From assembly GCA_902801025.1 (NCBI GenBank), contig CADCGZ010000004.1, positions 5,568-69,567 of the forward strand: a stretch of DNA of 64,000 nt, read 5' to 3'. This document shows positions 28,602 through 39,500 of this stretch, in pieces. A program made the translations under genes and the position numbers. Position 1 is the first letter of the stretch; every line of letters begins with the position of its first letter. Source of the stretch: an uncultured bacterium (GTDB taxonomy: Bacteria > Verrucomicrobiota > Kiritimatiellia > RFP12 > UBA1067). The notes under the pieces are model-generated. The model did not search any database, was not told the DNA's origin, and worked only from the letters and a program-made list of their open reading frames with translations.

Positions 28602-29332
28602 TGTCTAAGCTCTTTGCCATACTCGGCGACATACACGCCAACCTCGACGCGCTGAACGTCGTTCTCGACGACTGCCGCGCCCAGGGCGTGACCGACTTCC
28701 TGTGCACTGGTGACGTCGTCGGCTACAACGCCTGCCCGCACGAGTGCATGGAGATCGTACGCGCGCTCGGCTGCCCGGTCGTCGTTGGCAACCACGACTA
28801 CTACGTGTCGTCACGCCAGAATCTCGACGACTTCAACCCGGCCGCCGCCGCAGTCGTCGAATGGACGCGCAAGCAGCTGTCCATGGAAGAGATATACTGG
28901 CTCAGAAACCTGCCGTTTACGTACACGCAGATGGGTGTAACGCTCGTCCATTCGACGATGGACAGGCCCGAGAACTTCGGGTACGTGTTTGACAACCTCC
29001 AGGCCGAGGCCAACTTCCTGAGGCAGCTTACGCCGATATGCTTCCACGGCCACACGCACTGCCCGATGATCTACGAGAAGTCGATGAACGGCGTCTTTCG
29101 CATTGACGCTCAGGACTTCACGCTGCCAATTGGTCGCAAGTACTTCGTGAACGTCGGCTCCGTCGGCCAGCCGCGCGACGGCGACCCGCGCGCATCGTAT
29201 GTCATCTACGACCAGAAGGCGCGCACCATTCGCTATCGCCGCCTCGAATACGACATTGAGGCAGCGCAGGAGCGCATCAGGCTTGCAGGACTTCCCGAGC
29301 GCCTTGCCTCCCGCCTCGCCGTCGGGCAGTGA
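28601..29332 (+). CDS. Metallophosphoesterase (YfcE/MJ0936-like)
   Basis: Motifs AILGDIHAN, TGDVVGYN, VVGNHD and HGHTH. The start (ATG 28601 or GTG 28598) overlaps the ispD stop. Confidence 0.85.
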   Translation: MSKLFAILGDIHANLDALNVVLDDCRAQGVTDFLCTGDVVGYNACPHECMEIVRALGCPVVVGNHDYYVSSRQNLDDFNPAAAAVVEWTRKQLSMEEIYWLRNLPFTYTQMGVTLVHSTMDRPENFGYVFDNLQAEANFLRQLTPICFHGHTHCPMIYEKSMNGVFRIDAQDFTLPIGRKYFVNVGSVGQPRDGDPRASYVIYDQKARTIRYRRLEYDIEAAQERIRLAGLPERLASRLAVGQ

Positions 29333-30473
29333 CCGTGCAAAACGCTTTGCGCCATTCGCGCATGGACATGCTGGTATTCGCCTTGAACGCGTAGCGGAGA
29401 GTCGAGTCGGACTTGTATCCGCAGAGGTGGGCTATCCCGTCTATTGCCTGTCGCGGGTCCCTGAGCATCGCCATGGCCGTGGCCATCCGGACGTTTCGTA
29501 TCTCGGTCTGGATCGAGTGTCCGATCATGTTCATGAAGCGCACTTCGGCCGTTCTGCGCGAGCAGCCCATCTGCGCGACGACATCGCCCACGCCGATGCC
29601 CTCGGTGGCGTGAGTCCGAATGTATTCCACGGCGGCGGTCACCTTGACGTCTGCGTGTTTGAAGATCGTGGTCGACCGGCGCTTGACAACGCCGAGTATG
29701 CCGAAAGTGCGGTTCTCGCCCTTTGCCTTCGGGTCGCGCAGTTGCTTGTCGAGCAGCTCGCCGCAGAGGAAGCCCGCCTTCTCGAAGTCGGGGCAGATGC
29801 TCGAGAGCGTCGGCTTCGTGTTCTCGCAGATCTCCTCGTTGTTGTCGATGCCCATCACGGCGAAGTCCTCCGGCACGCGTATGTTCTCGTGGCTGCATGC
29901 CGCGAGCACCTCCTCGGCGGTACCATCGAACGCGGCGAGGATTCCGCAGGGCTTTGGAAGTTCCCTGAGCCACTTGCGGAGCGCTTCAAGACGCCTTATG
30001 CCCGGCTTAGCGCCGCTGTCAAAGACATGGCATCTGCGCCCGTTCAGCTTTATGGCCTCGCAGAAGGCCTTCTCGCGCTCCTTCGTCCAGAACAGTGGGA
30101 GCGGGAACCCCACGAAGGCGTAGTTTTCGAAGTCGAGCGACAGCAGTTCCTTCGCGGCAATCTCCGCGGAGCCCTTGAGATCGGCGTTTACGGAAAACCG
30201 TATCTTGCCCCTGAGCGAGGGGTCGCGGTCGAGGTATACCGTCGGCAGCTTGCCGAATATCTCCGGCCTGAACTCGTTCATGTCGCTGCCGCATTCGGCG
30301 ATGCATCCGACAGGATGCCAGAAGTCGAGGACTTTCTTGACGTTGATGTGGTGGTAGTTGCTCTCGACAACCTGGACTTGAATGTCAGAGTTTGAGAAGT
30401 AGCGCTGTACGCCGGCAACGCGCTTGCGGCACGAGTGTCGAGTTGCCGAGGCAAAGAACAATACGGTTTTCAT
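29277..30473 (-). CDS. XylR-type hybrid regulator (periplasmic-binding-protein-like sugar sensor domain + C-terminal AraC-family HTH)
   Basis: 398 aa from the Met of MKTVLFFASA. The central part has a LacI/PBP-like fold pattern (PKPCGILAAFDG, FAVMGIDNNE). The C-terminus has an AraC HTH (VAQMGCSRRTAEVRF..., LCGYKSDSTLRYAFKANTSMSMREWRK). Confidence 0.85.
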   Translation of the reverse strand: MKTVLFFASATRHSCRKRVAGVQRYFSNSDIQVQVVESNYHHINVKKVLDFWHPVGCIAECGSDMNEFRPEIFGKLPTVYLDRDPSLRGKIRFSVNADLKGSAEIAAKELLSLDFENYAFVGFPLPLFWTKEREKAFCEAIKLNGRRCHVFDSGAKPGIRRLEALRKWLRELPKPCGILAAFDGTAEEVLAACSHENIRVPEDFAVMGIDNNEEICENTKPTLSSICPDFEKAGFLCGELLDKQLRDPKAKGENRTFGILGVVKRRSTTIFKHADVKVTAAVEYIRTHATEGIGVGDVVAQMGCSRRTAEVRFMNMIGHSIQTEIRNVRMATAMAMLRDPRQAIDGIAHLCGYKSDSTLRYAFKANTSMSMREWRKAFCTVTARRRGGRQGAREVLQA

Positions 30474-30516
30474 GATGTGAATGGTACCATAATGAGGCGC
30501 GGAAGGCAAGGGCAAA

Positions 30517-30582
30517 TTGCGCGAAATTCACGGAAAATTTATCGCGCTTCTCACGCTTTAGATGTCCGAAAGATGGTAGAAT
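30517..30582 (+). promoter_or_regulatory. Activator-type promoter: direct-repeat operator plus -10 (GH2 operon)
   Basis: TTGCGCgaaaTTCAC (30517-30531), degenerate second copy TATCGCgcttCTCAC (30540-30554), 22 nt, then TGgTAGAAT with its -10 hexamer at 30577-30582. There is no -35-like hexamer. AAGGAGG lies before ATG 30610. Confidence 0.5.
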
Positions 30583-30609
30583 ATCCGGCAAAGAAGGAGG
30601 ACTTTACTT

Positions 30610-33600
30610 ATGGACCACCGAGTTACGTCAGTAGTGCTGGGAGCTGTCGCTTCCGTTTTCCTCGCCAGCGGCTCAAGCGCCGAGGGCGTGAAGTTCAACG
30701 GAGTCTTCGCGCCGTCCGAGGGCTTCGTCAACCGACTCGAAAAGCCACAGCGCGCGGAGGTGTGCCTCAACGGCCGGTGGGATTTCCAGGGTTTCAAGAC
30801 TCCTGCGGGGTGGAAGGACGGCAAGGGTCAGCCGCCGGAGCTCCCCGCGCCGGCCGCGGACGGATGGGACGCCGTGAAGATCAAGATTCCCTCCCCGTGG
30901 AACGTCAACAACTTCTGCCTGCGCCGCAGCGAAGGTCCGGACCACCGCGACTTCCCGTCGTATCCCGACGCGTGGCGCGACTACAAGATGGGGTGGCTGC
31001 GCCGCTCGGTGACTGTTCCCTCGTACTGGGACGGACGCTCCATCGCCGTGCGCTTCGAGGCCGTCGCAGGCGAGTGCGTCGTTCTCGTGAACGGGAAGAA
31101 GGTCGCCGAGAACTTCGAGCTGTTCCTTCCGTTCGAGGCCGACGTAACCGATGTGGTCAAGCCGGGCGAGACGTTCGAGCTCCTTGTCGGCGTTCGCGGG
31201 CAGAAGCTCTTCGAGGACCGCGAGGGCGTGGGCCGCCGCGTGATTCCCGCCGGCTCGATGTGGGGCGGCGAGATCATCGGCATCTGGCAGGACGTCACGC
31301 TCGTCGCGCGTCCGAAGCTCCGCGTCGCGGATGTCTTCGTCAAGCCGCTCGTCTCAAAGGAGACGCTTGAGCTGGAGGTGACCGTGGAGAACGTTGGCGA
31401 CGCGCCGGCCGGGGCGGAACTCGGCGCGACCGTGAGCGACTGGATCAACCGCGCCGGAACGGACGTCCTTTCCGCGCCCGTTCCATGCTGGGAGCAGGGC
31501 ATGTCGCGGCTTGGCAAGGTGTTCGGCCGCGTAGACGTGCCCGCGCGGTCGTCGAAGACCATGACAGTGTCCATTCCCGTTGTAAAGGGAACGCTTCGCG
31601 AGTGGACGCCCGAGACGCCGAACCTCAATTCGCTCGTCGTCTCGCTTACGGAGGACGGACGCTTCGTCGACCGCAAGGCCGAGCGCTTCGGATGGCGCGA
31701 GTGGACGATCGACGGAGGAAAGTATCTTCTCAACGGGAAGCCGATCCAGTTCCGCAGCGACTCGTGGCACTTCATGGGCGTTCCGCAGATGACGCGCCGC
31801 TATGCGTGGGCGTGGTTCAAGGCGATCAAGGAGGCCAACGGAAACGCCGTGCGCCTCCACGCGCAGGTCTACCCAAGCTTCTACCACGACGTCGCTGACG
31901 AGATGGGCATCTGCATTCTCGACGAGACTGCCAACTGGGCTTCGGACGGCGGACCTAAGTTCGACCGCGAAATCTTCTGGAAGAACTCGATCACGCATCT
32001 CGAGCGCTTCATCAAGCGCGACCGCAACCACGCGTCCGTGCTGGGATGGTCCGTCTCGAACGAGAACAAGCCCGTCATCCTCCACGTCTTCAACCGCCCC
32101 GACCTCATGCCGTTCCAGGAGAAGGCGTGGGCCGACTGGCGCGACACGTGCCGCAGGCTCGATCCGACGCGTCCGTGGATCTCGTCCGACGGCGAAGAGG
32201 ACGGAAAGGGGATTCTCCCGATCACGATGGGGCACTACGGCGATCTTGTCCATTCGTACAAGGCCTGGTCCGAAATCGGCAAGCCGTGGGGCGTCGGCGA
32301 GGCCAGCATGGCGTACTACGGCACGCCGCAGCAGGTCGAAGAGCGTGCCGGCTCCGAGCGCAGCTACGCGTCCGCGCTCGGGCGCATGGAGGGCCTCGCG
32401 AAGGAGTGCTACGACATCATCTGCGCGCAGCGCGCGAACGGCGCGTCCTACTCGTGCGTCTTCAACCTCGCGTGGTACGCCCTGAAGCCGCTCCCGTTCG
32501 GCAAGCGCGACCTTACGAAGGCGCCGACGCTCGAGGACGGCATCTTCTTCGGCGAATACGTGGAGGGACGTCCCGGCTACCAGCCCGAGCGCATCGGGCC
32601 GTACTCCTCGACGTTCAACCCCGGATACGACCCAGCGCTTCCGCTCTGGGACGCGTGGCCGATGTACGACGCGGTGCGCGCGGCGTTCGCGCCTGAGGGC
32701 CCCGCGTGGTCGAAGTGGTCGATCCGTCCCGAGAGGTGCGCGGCGGATTCGCCGCGTCCCGTGCGCGAGTATGCCGAGGTAGTCTGCGTCGGCGGAGGAA
32801 AGCTCAGGGGCGTTCTCGACGCGCAGGGCGTTGTGTTCGCCGAGAAGGTGAACGAGCCCGCGAAGGCGCTCGTCTTCGTCGACGCGTCGTCTCCGCTCAA
32901 GTCGGAGCAGGCCGCGGAAGTCGCGGAGCTCGTGAAGAAGGGCGCGGACGCGTGGGTGTGGGGCGTCACGGATGCGAGCGCGGAGTCCGTAAAGCCGATC
33001 GTCGGCGAGGGGCTTGAGGTCGCGAAGCTCGTGCGCTCGACGTTCATCCCGATGGACCGTCCGCTTGTGCGCGGACTCTTCAACAGCGACTTCTACTTCT
33101 GCGAGCTCCAGCGCGGCGACGCGGCGAAGTTCTCGCTCGGCGGCGAGTGGATACGCTCCGCCGAGGTCGAGGTCGAGGCGTGCCGGACAGACTGGCGCGA
33201 GTGGAACAAGAAGGCGGAGGAGATGAAGACCGCCGCGATCATCCGCACGGAGAACGAGTGCACCGCGCCGCTCGCAGTAATCGCGACTCGCCGCGTCGGC
33301 GCTGCTAAGGTGCGCGTGCAGACGCTATTCGACTTCGCGAACTCCGAGAAGGGCTACAAGACGCTCTCGCGCATGCTCGCGAACGCTGGCGTGAAGTGCC
33401 GCACGGTCGTGAGCGATCCGGCCGAGGCGTTCTTCCTCCGCGACGGAAAGATCATGTTCCCGTCCGTCACGCGCAAGACGCTCAAGAACATCGCGCCGAG
33501 GAAACACACGCTTGAATTCTACGTCTACTCGAACCGTCCGCTCGACGACCTGCTCATCGAACCCGACATGCCCAAGCTCATGCTCTGGATGAAGGCGCGC

Positions 33601-33813
33601 GGGTCGACGCTCAAGGTCGGCGAGAAGGAGGTCAAGGAGACGCGGCGCACGGACCGCGAGGTCGAGTACAACGAGCTTCCGCTCCAGCAGGGCTGGAACA
33701 AGCTCTCGATCGTCGTCGACGGCGATCGCAACGAGTTCGAGGCGGAGCTCCGCTGCAACAACAAGCCGGAATTCCTCCAGACCGTCCGCGCCTCCCTCAA
33801 GCCGCAGGAATAG
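30610..33813 (+). CDS. GH2 family glycoside hydrolase, exported
   Basis: 1067 aa with signal VVLGAVASVFLASGSSA. GH2 TIM-barrel motifs are NAVRLHAQVYP and HASVLGWSVSNEN, preceded by sugar-binding/Ig-like regions. Confidence 0.85.
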   Translation: MDHRVTSVVLGAVASVFLASGSSAEGVKFNGVFAPSEGFVNRLEKPQRAEVCLNGRWDFQGFKTPAGWKDGKGQPPELPAPAADGWDAVKIKIPSPWNVNNFCLRRSEGPDHRDFPSYPDAWRDYKMGWLRRSVTVPSYWDGRSIAVRFEAVAGECVVLVNGKKVAENFELFLPFEADVTDVVKPGETFELLVGVRGQKLFEDREGVGRRVIPAGSMWGGEIIGIWQDVTLVARPKLRVADVFVKPLVSKETLELEVTVENVGDAPAGAELGATVSDWINRAGTDVLSAPVPCWEQGMSRLGKVFGRVDVPARSSKTMTVSIPVVKGTLREWTPETPNLNSLVVSLTEDGRFVDRKAERFGWREWTIDGGKYLLNGKPIQFRSDSWHFMGVPQMTRRYAWAWFKAIKEANGNAVRLHAQVYPSFYHDVADEMGICILDETANWASDGGPKFDREIFWKNSITHLERFIKRDRNHASVLGWSVSNENKPVILHVFNRPDLMPFQEKAWADWRDTCRRLDPTRPWISSDGEEDGKGILPITMGHYGDLVHSYKAWSEIGKPWGVGEASMAYYGTPQQVEERAGSERSYASALGRMEGLAKECYDIICAQRANGASYSCVFNLAWYALKPLPFGKRDLTKAPTLEDGIFFGEYVEGRPGYQPERIGPYSSTFNPGYDPALPLWDAWPMYDAVRAAFAPEGPAWSKWSIRPERCAADSPRPVREYAEVVCVGGGKLRGVLDAQGVVFAEKVNEPAKALVFVDASSPLKSEQAAEVAELVKKGADAWVWGVTDASAESVKPIVGEGLEVAKLVRSTFIPMDRPLVRGLFNSDFYFCELQRGDAAKFSLGGEWIRSAEVEVEACRTDWREWNKKAEEMKTAAIIRTENECTAPLAVIATRRVGAAKVRVQTLFDFANSEKGYKTLSRMLANAGVKCRTVVSDPAEAFFLRDGKIMFPSVTRKTLKNIAPRKHTLEFYVYSNRPLDDLLIEPDMPKLMLWMKARGSTLKVGEKEVKETRRTDREVEYNELPLQQGWNKLSIVVDGDRNEFEAELRCNNKPEFLQTVRASLKPQE

Positions 33814-33824
33814 CGGCCGCAGGC

Positions 33825-36485
33825 ATGAGACCACTCGTCTCAGCGTTGTGCGCATTCGCCCTGCTCCCGGCGTTTGCCGGCGTAGCGGGGCTTGACGCCG
33901 TCTCGCGCGGCGCGGACCCGACGGGTCAGCGCGACAGCGCCGCGGTGATGCAAAAGGCGCTAGACGAGCTCAACCGCGCAGGCGGGGGGACGCTGTATCT
34001 CCCGCCCGGAAAATACAGGCTCGAGAAGCCGCTTTACGTCGAGGGCGGCAATTCGATCAGGGGCGCGGGCTCTTCCGCCGCCAACTGGCCCGCCAACAGG
34101 CCGTCGATCCTCTGTGTGGCTTTCGGACGGGGCGACACCAACCTCGTCAAGAACGCGGCCGTGAAGCTCAGGGGCGGAGCATCGCTCAGGGACGTCGCGA
34201 TATGGCATCCCGACCAGCGCTTCGAAGACCCGGTGCCGTATCCTGCGAGCATCTGGGGCGACGGACACACCAGCGTAGTCGACGTAACGCTCGTCAACTC
34301 GTGGTGCGGATTCTACAACAACCACTGCTCGTCCATGCTCGTGCGCGGTCTTCGGGGCACGGCCCTGAACATGGGCATCCGCGCGGCTTATGCGTTCGAC
34401 GTTCCTCGCATCGAGCACGTCGCGTTCGATCCCGCGTACTGGGCGGCATCGGGACTCCCCGGATCGCCGAAGACTCCTTCTGCCATGCGGAAGCTCGAGA
34501 CGTGGGCCGAGAACAACCTGATCGCGATAGTCGCCGGCGAGCAGGACTGGGGATACTGGTGGGACGTGTTCGTCGACCATGCGAAGGGCGGCATCTTCCT
34601 CACGGTCGTGCCGGACGACAAAGGGGAACGCATGAACCCCGGCAACATCGCCGCCGGAAAGGTCGTGATGCGCAACGTCCAGGTAGGCATTGAGATGAAG
34701 AACGTCGGCTACCCGGGCTTCCTGCTTACGTACGGCGACATACAGGCGCGGTTGTGCTGCATGCACTACTCGAAGGTGCCGGACTACTCGAAGTTCCATG
34801 CCGTCGGCATAAAACCGTACTACAGCTGGAACGCGGCAGTGCAGGTGACGGGAGTCAAGTTCTCCGGCGCGAAGACGCTGTTCAGGTCCGACAAGGACAA
34901 AGACGGACTCATCTACTGCATCAACTTCAACGACTGCACGTTTTCGGACTGGAAGGACTGCGCGATAAGCCAGTTGCGCGGCAGTTTGGTCGCGTCCAAC
35001 TGCAGATTCAGCGGAAAGGGCGCGATACGTCCGGGCGAGAACCTCTCGCAGATAGTGCTCAGCGGCAATACGTTCTCCGGCGAGGCATTCGCAGTGAAGC
35101 CCTCCGCCTCGACGGTCGTCTCGCGCGACGACCGCGAGAAGGGCGTCGTCTCGCTCCCATACGACATGCCCGAGCCGAAGGAGCGCGAATTCAAGGGCAA
35201 GGTGTTCGACGTGCTGGACTACGGCGCAACGCCCGGAAAGGTAGACGACATCCCGGTGAAGGACAGCTCGCCGGCCTTCGCGGCTGCGCTTGCTGCCGCG
35301 GGCAAGGCGGGAGGCGGCACGGTATTTGCTCCTGCTGGAGTCTACCGCATCGCGCGCGGGATCAAGGTGCCGTCAGGCGTCGAGCTGCGCGGCAGCTTCG
35401 AGGCGCAGCACTATGGCAACTCCACGCACCGCGGCACGCAGCTCTACGTGTACGCAGGGAAGGGCGACCCCGCGTCCGCGCCGCTCATCACGCTCGAGCC
35501 AGACGCTGGTGTAGGCGGATTCACGGTGTACTATCCGGAACAGGGCGTGACGGACGACTCCTCCGCCGACGAGGCGCTGCGCGTGAAGCGCTATCCGCCT
35601 ACTGTGCGGACGGCTCCGCGCTGCCAGGTGAGGAACATGGCGATCGTCAATGCCTGGACGGCGATCGACGCGATCACGGTGAGGAGCGACGGACTTCTCG
35701 TGACGGATGTGACGGGAGGAGCTCTCGACGCAGGCGTAATCGTAGGACACGGCACTACCGGCGGTCTCTTCCGCGACATACACTTCAATTATACTGGGTG
35801 GGTCGGGCAGGGCAAGTACGAGAACCATCCGAGGGGCGACGACTGGGACAAGACGACGACGTGCGGAATGTTCGCCGACTTCACCACGCGCGTCACGCGC
35901 GGATTCGTCCTCTGCGACGCGAAGGAAGTGAAGCTTCACTCGTGCTTCTGCATAATGGTCGCCGAGGGCGTGTCGCTTGAGAAGGATCCGTACACGGGCG
36001 GATCGTTCAAGGGTTCGACGTGGGGACTTGCGTTCGACGCGAACACGAATGGGATCGTGGGGCACCGCGGCGCCGCGCCTAAGTTTGTGGCCAACTGCGC
36101 AATGGGCGTCTTCAGCCGTCAGCAGGGCGGATACTTCGTTAAGACGGAGCCTGGCTTCGCCGGCGCGATCGCGTCCGTCAATTCCGAGATCTGGTCCGGA
36201 CGCTCCCGCATCGTCGACCTTGAGGGCGGGCGCACGATACTCTCGCAGTTCCTCTCTTGGTGCTGCTACGAGGGCGTCGTGAAGAAGGGAGCGTCGCTCA
36301 CCGTGTGCGGGGCGTCGTTCGCGTCCAACAATGGGAACGACAAGGGCGAGAAGACGACAATAACATACGAACGCGGATCTTCCGGGGCCGTCTGCGGTTC
36401 CGTCGACGGACGCAGGTTCCTGAAGGTCGTTGACGAGACCGGCGGCAAACTCGCCTGGCGCAACAACGGCGTGCGGATAGACTGA
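33825..36485 (+). CDS. GH55-like / pectate-lyase-superfamily double beta-helix protein, exported
   Basis: 886 aa. It has two copies of the N-terminal signature of Pectate_lyase_3-type domains: GADPTGQRDSAAVMQKALDELNRAGGGTLYLPPGKYRL and VLDYGATPG..DSSPAFAAALAAAGKAGGGTVFAPAGVYRI. Confidence 0.75.
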   Translation: MRPLVSALCAFALLPAFAGVAGLDAVSRGADPTGQRDSAAVMQKALDELNRAGGGTLYLPPGKYRLEKPLYVEGGNSIRGAGSSAANWPANRPSILCVAFGRGDTNLVKNAAVKLRGGASLRDVAIWHPDQRFEDPVPYPASIWGDGHTSVVDVTLVNSWCGFYNNHCSSMLVRGLRGTALNMGIRAAYAFDVPRIEHVAFDPAYWAASGLPGSPKTPSAMRKLETWAENNLIAIVAGEQDWGYWWDVFVDHAKGGIFLTVVPDDKGERMNPGNIAAGKVVMRNVQVGIEMKNVGYPGFLLTYGDIQARLCCMHYSKVPDYSKFHAVGIKPYYSWNAAVQVTGVKFSGAKTLFRSDKDKDGLIYCINFNDCTFSDWKDCAISQLRGSLVASNCRFSGKGAIRPGENLSQIVLSGNTFSGEAFAVKPSASTVVSRDDREKGVVSLPYDMPEPKEREFKGKVFDVLDYGATPGKVDDIPVKDSSPAFAAALAAAGKAGGGTVFAPAGVYRIARGIKVPSGVELRGSFEAQHYGNSTHRGTQLYVYAGKGDPASAPLITLEPDAGVGGFTVYYPEQGVTDDSSADEALRVKRYPPTVRTAPRCQVRNMAIVNAWTAIDAITVRSDGLLVTDVTGGALDAGVIVGHGTTGGLFRDIHFNYTGWVGQGKYENHPRGDDWDKTTTCGMFADFTTRVTRGFVLCDAKEVKLHSCFCIMVAEGVSLEKDPYTGGSFKGSTWGLAFDANTNGIVGHRGAAPKFVANCAMGVFSRQQGGYFVKTEPGFAGAIASVNSEIWSGRSRIVDLEGGRTILSQFLSWCCYEGVVKKGASLTVCGASFASNNGNDKGEKTTITYERGSSGAVCGSVDGRRFLKVVDETGGKLAWRNNGVRID

Positions 36486-36492
36486 GGAATTA

Positions 36493-36558
36493 TTGCGCAA
36501 TTTTCACGGTGATTTTTGCGCGGATTTGACTCTACATCTGCGATGGCTTTGCTATAAT
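36493..36558 (+). promoter_or_regulatory. Activator-type promoter: direct-repeat operator plus extended -10
   Basis: TTGCGCaattTTCAC (36493-36507), TTGCGCggatTTGAC (36516-36530), 22 nt, TGcTATAAT (-10 at 36553-36558). AAGGAGG lies at 36575-36581 before ATG 36587. Confidence 0.55.
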
Positions 36559-36586
36559 AGTGGCAAACATCGACAAGGAGGGTCGT

Positions 36587-39500
36587 ATGAAACATGCGCA
36601 AGTCAAAAAGCATCCAGAATTTGTCCCGTCCATGAGGTGCCTTGCTGCTGCGGCATTTGCCGGCATGGCGGCATTCTCCGCCGGCGCGGCAAACAAATTT
36701 TGGACGCCGCAGAATGGCTCGACCGACATCAGCGATCCAAGCAACTGGGGTGGCGCTCTTCCCGGAAACGGAGATCTTATGATGTTCCGCGGAAATGACG
36801 GGTTGTCCGGAGACTATGCGGTGAGGATACCTGCCGCAACGGCCGAGAACCCGTATCAAAGCAAGGCAGGGGTTTTCTTCGGCAACTTGAACGATGGCCA
36901 GACTGTGACAATTGACGCGACGGGCACCTCCTGGCTTGTCATGCGCGATGATGGACAGCCGTGGGGCTATCCGATGCGCGCCTGGTTGTCGGATCACATC
37001 TTCGACATTGACAGTGCCGGAGATGCCAGCAAACCGGCCAACGATTTTGCCTTCTCGTTCTCCAACGGCACCATGACCTTCAAGCGCGACTCTGCAAATG
37101 GCTCCGCGCTTGTGTTCAACGGCGACTTCAACATGGCAGTCGCTCCCGATGGCACGGAGAATGCGCACAGAACGGTTCTCTTCCACGATGTAAACGCCAA
37201 CAGCAAGAATTCCAAGATCATCTTCCACAGCGGCGAGTCGACGCTGCGGTGGATACAGTTCCGCGGCAAGACGGAGGGCAACGAGTTCCGTGTTGACGGA
37301 GGACGCCTCCATGTCCTGAGCGGACTGGTAATCAATGAAGATTCCGCGAACTATACTACAGATGCCTACATGCATGTCACGGGAGACGGCCAGGTGTCTG
37401 TAGATTCTGGGGCTCTGTGGATCGGCCGCAACAACGACGGGCGCGGCGTGCTGCGAATCGACGGGAACGGCAAGTTCACCATGACCGACGGGACGATAGT
37501 CACATACTTCCCGGATGGCGCGGCGCAGACGGGGCTCCTTTCAATCGGAGGAAACGGCGAGTGGAATTCCGTGAAGAACATCAATGTCGGCAACAATGGC
37601 GGCACAGCCGACATCCTTGTCGAAGGAAACGGTTTCTTCAACCATTCGGGATGGTTCAACTTCGGCTCCCATAACGGCTCGCATGTCTCGCTCACGATGA
37701 AGGACCAGGCACGCGCAATAGTTACGAGCGCAGCGATGGTCAAGGACGCCGGTTCCGGCTCTACCCGCACGGGTGTTGTCGACCTGAGCGGCGACTCGGT
37801 TCTCCAGATCGCCAGCAACGACCAGTGGGCCAACTCGGCCGGGTCCGATCTGACATTGAACATGACGAACAATGCGACGCTCAAGGCCAAAAAGGCGAAC
37901 GGCGAACGCCATTTGATTTTCGGCAACAACAACGGCGCCGACATCAAGCTGAATCTCGCGGGCGGGACGATATGCGACTACGACGGCAACGAGCTCATAC
38001 ATCTGCAGCTCAAGGGCGGGGCCCAGAGCGTTTACAACTTCTCCGGCGTGACGGTCAATACCGAGAACTTCATCATCGAGGGCAAGCAGGACACGTCCGC
38101 TCCGGACGCCTGGCATATCGCCCATCAGACGGCTGGTACGATCAGCGTCCGCTGGCATGGCTCAGGCGACGGTCTCGACATCCGCGGTGGCAACGGGCGC
38201 AACTGCATGTACCTTCTCGAGGGCGGTACGCTCAACGTCGGCAACATGATTCGCGTTGGACATAACGTTACCGACAGCAGTAAACAGTGGCGCTCAGTGT
38301 TCCGCCAGACGGGCGGACAGGCGAACATTAGCGCGAACGTGAACATGTGCGACTCCGCTACGATGGCCGAGTTCGAGCTTCTAGGCGGGCGTACGCGTCT
38401 CTATTCCCTGCGCGGCTGGAGCCAGAGCGTTGCGCGCAAGGCGGGCGGCGCATGGGCGACGGCACTCTTCGACGGCGGCACAATTGAGCCGTGGGCAAAC
38501 GGAAACACTACCATATATACCATGCCGGAACTTCGCCTCGGCGCCAATGGCCTCACGTTCGACACGCTTGCATACGACAACATCTCAATTGACGCGAAGT
38601 TCCAGAACGAGGGCGAGGGGACGGATGATGAAGCCGAAGGCCTCTTCGTGAAGACCGGAACCGGTACCCTCAAGGCGAACATGCTTGAGACAAACGGACT
38701 GTACGTCGATCGCGACATTCGCAGCTACCATTCCAGGACGCGCATCGACCAGGGCAAGCTCATTCTCACCAAGGCTGCAGACGTCGCTTTCGGAAAGAAC
38801 ATCACGGTGAAGGGCGGCGCCACGCTCTCGCTCGAGGGAACGGCGGCGACGCTGACGGTCGATACGATTACGCTCGGCGACGGGCATGGCTTCGCCGTCC
38901 TCAAGCTTGACGCGGGCGATACGGTCGTCGTCGAGGCGGCGAACGGCGTCACGGCCAACTGCGGCGCGATCGACGTGCCGTGGAAGTCCACCGATGGAAA
39001 TCATGCCGTCTTTACGTGCAAGCAGAGTGTCCAAGTAGGGGAACTCGACAAGATCGCAGTCCACGACGGCGATGCGACAAAGGACTATGCATGGACAACC
39101 GAAGTCGACAACGACACCGGCTACACCATCTGCTCCGTCACCGTAGCGCCCAAGGGTACGCTCACGAAGACGATCACCTATTCCAGCGGCGCTGTCACGA
39201 CGAACGGCACGGGCAAGGTCTCCGGCATCATCGCCGAAGAAACTGGCACGCAGAGCGGCGAACTCGTTCTCTCCAGCACGGCTTCGGTTTCCGTTGACGC
39301 CGATCAGACGATGACGCTCAACGGTCCGCTCGTCGGCACGGGCGTTGAACTCAAGAAGACGGGATCCGGCAAGCTCGTCGTCGATGGCTCGAATCCTGAC
39401 TTCTATGGTTCATTTGCGTCAGGTGGCGGTGCCTTCGAGGTCCTGTCCGCTGCCGGGTTCGGCGCGAATCCGGTTAACTTCCCGCTCGTTCTCGGCGGCG

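Noticed and set aside
36560-36586. GTG starts giving MANIDKEGR / MANIDKEDR for the two giant genes (36560 and 41276)
   Set aside because: These nine codons contain the AAGGAGG ribosome-binding site itself and begin only about 1 nt after the -10 box. The ATG 7 nt after the SD, followed by a basic N-region and a hydrophobic core, is the better start.
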